Part shown: positions 28,632 to 32,000 of the stretch, piece after piece
How positions within the stretch are numbered: position 1 is the stretch's first letter
Layout: each line of letters opens with the position of its first letter
From: Candidatus Pelagibacter sp. HTCC7211
GTDB taxonomy: Bacteria > Pseudomonadota > Alphaproteobacteria > Pelagibacterales > Pelagibacteraceae
Length of the DNA stretch: 32,000 nt
Direction of reading: 5' to 3'
Assembly: GCF_000155895.1 (NCBI RefSeq)
Contig: NZ_DS995298.1
Span: 390,001 to 422,000 of the forward strand
The notes under the pieces: generated by a model
The model's database searches: none
What the model was told of the DNA's origin: nothing
Seen by the model: only the letters and a program-made list of their open reading frames with translations
Made by a program: the position numbers and the translations under genes

Positions 28632-29330
28632 ATGAGTAACATTAGATTATTTTTTCCAAAAAGTTTATCAATTAATTTAAAGGACAAGCTTGATAAGTCA
28701 CAATCTCATTATGTTTCAAAAGTTATGAGAATTAAAGAAAATGAAGTTTTTTCTTTATTTAATAGTAGTGGAGAATGGGAAGCAAAAATTATAAGTATTT
28801 CAAAAAGCTCAGTTGAATTCAATATTACAAAACAACTAAGACAAAAAGAAAATCTCAAAGAGCTATGGTTGGCTTTTTCACCCATCAAATCAAATTATTT
28901 TAATTTCATGATACAAAAAGCAACTGAGTTAGGTGTTACAAAATTTCTGCCTATTATTTTTGATAGAACGATTGTTAGAAAAATAAATAAAGAAAGATTG
29001 GAAAAAGTAATCATAGAAGCTGCTGAACAATCAAATAGAATTACGGTTCCAATAATTGAAGAACCTCAGAAATTAAAAAATTTTCTTAGTAATGATATGG
29101 ATTTAATATTTACTGATCTCAATACCTCTAATACTAAAATTGATCTTAAAAAGTTAACCACAAAGCCTACTTGTGTGATTATAGGACCCGAGGGAGATTT
29201 TTCTGAGGAGGAGAGGGAAAAGATTCTTAAATTTAATGGTGTTCAGTCTATTAAAATCAATGAAAATATCTTGAGATCTGAAACGGCTGTAATTTCTGCA
29301 CTATCGATCATAAATTACGCTATTAATTGA
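28632..29330 (+). CDS. rsmE: 16S rRNA (uracil1498-N3)-methyltransferase RsmE
   Basis: The 232 aa protein has a PUA-like N-terminus (HYVSKVMRIKENE) and a SPOUT C-terminus with IIGPEGDFSEEE and LRSETA. Confidence 0.85.
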   Translation: MSNIRLFFPKSLSINLKDKLDKSQSHYVSKVMRIKENEVFSLFNSSGEWEAKIISISKSSVEFNITKQLRQKENLKELWLAFSPIKSNYFNFMIQKATELGVTKFLPIIFDRTIVRKINKERLEKVIIEAAEQSNRITVPIIEEPQKLKNFLSNDMDLIFTDLNTSNTKIDLKKLTTKPTCVIIGPEGDFSEEEREKILKFNGVQSIKINENILRSETAVISALSIINYAIN

Positions 29331-29391
29331 TATTTTGTCGCTAAAAGTAAAAGTGTATTTTTTTAAAAGACGCTCTATATAGGGTAAAAAA

Positions 29392-31843
<2,452 letters not shown>

Positions 31844-31869
31844 TATTTAGATTTTTAAACTTAGAATAA

Positions 31870-32000
31870 ATGATCAAGTCTAAATTAAAAAATAGAAACC
31901 TAAGTCAAGAAGACGTTTTTAATTTTTCTGAGCTTTTTAAGCTTATGAAGCCAAGAGTGATGTCATTAGTTATATTCACATGTGCTGTTGGATTATTAAT
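31870..32000 (+). CDS. ctaB: Protoheme IX farnesyltransferase (heme O synthase), N-terminal fragment; continues beyond the window
   Basis: This ORF is not in the track because it is truncated. The ATG at 31870 gives MIKSKLKNRNLSQEDVFNFSELFKLMKPRVMSLVIFTCAVGLL. The KPRV(M/I)SLV...F segment is typical of CtaB/CyoE, and its position after ctaC-ctaD matches the alphaproteobacterial order. Confidence 0.7.
   Translation, partial: MIKSKLKNRNLSQEDVFNFSELFKLMKPRVMSLVIFTCAVGLL

Overview
No mobile element, CRISPR array, tRNA/rRNA gene, defence or toxin cassette, or obvious foreign island is visible in this window, and I did not find a convincing new multi-gene system. It reads as core chromosome from a very AT-rich, streamlined alphaproteobacterium. 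I estimate roughly 30% GC by eye, not computed. The gene content and order are alphaproteobacterial: groES-groEL, ribF-ileS-lspA followed by a DUF3035-like lipoprotein, a DUF2093-like small protein, and ctaC-ctaD-ctaB. Together with the near-absence of spacers, this fits a SAR11/Pelagibacterales-type genome, but that assignment is inferred and was not searched. I call 33 protein-coding genes, two of them truncated by the window edges. Summing the gaps between my calls gives about 894 non-coding bases out of 32,000 (about 2.8%). Many neighbouring genes share ATGA or TAATG stop/start overlaps, and five of the six convergent gene pairs are separated by 4 nt or less or overlap. Three maximal ORFs in the supplied track begin at TTG directly upstream of an ATG, so I trimmed those starts (4702, 22774, 24516). 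The items most worth a second look are listed below.
- A tight four-gene minus-strand cluster: type II haloacid dehalogenase, tandem-CDGSH Fe-S protein, pirin, quinone oxidoreductase.
- A DEAD-box helicase whose motif II reads DETD, with a repetitive basic C-terminal tail.
- The longest spacer in the window (190 bp), which holds an unannotated 37-codon lysine-rich ORF and the only clear intrinsic terminator.
- Convergent gene ends that leave no room for terminators.
- A sigma-32-like promoter upstream of groES with no CIRCE element.
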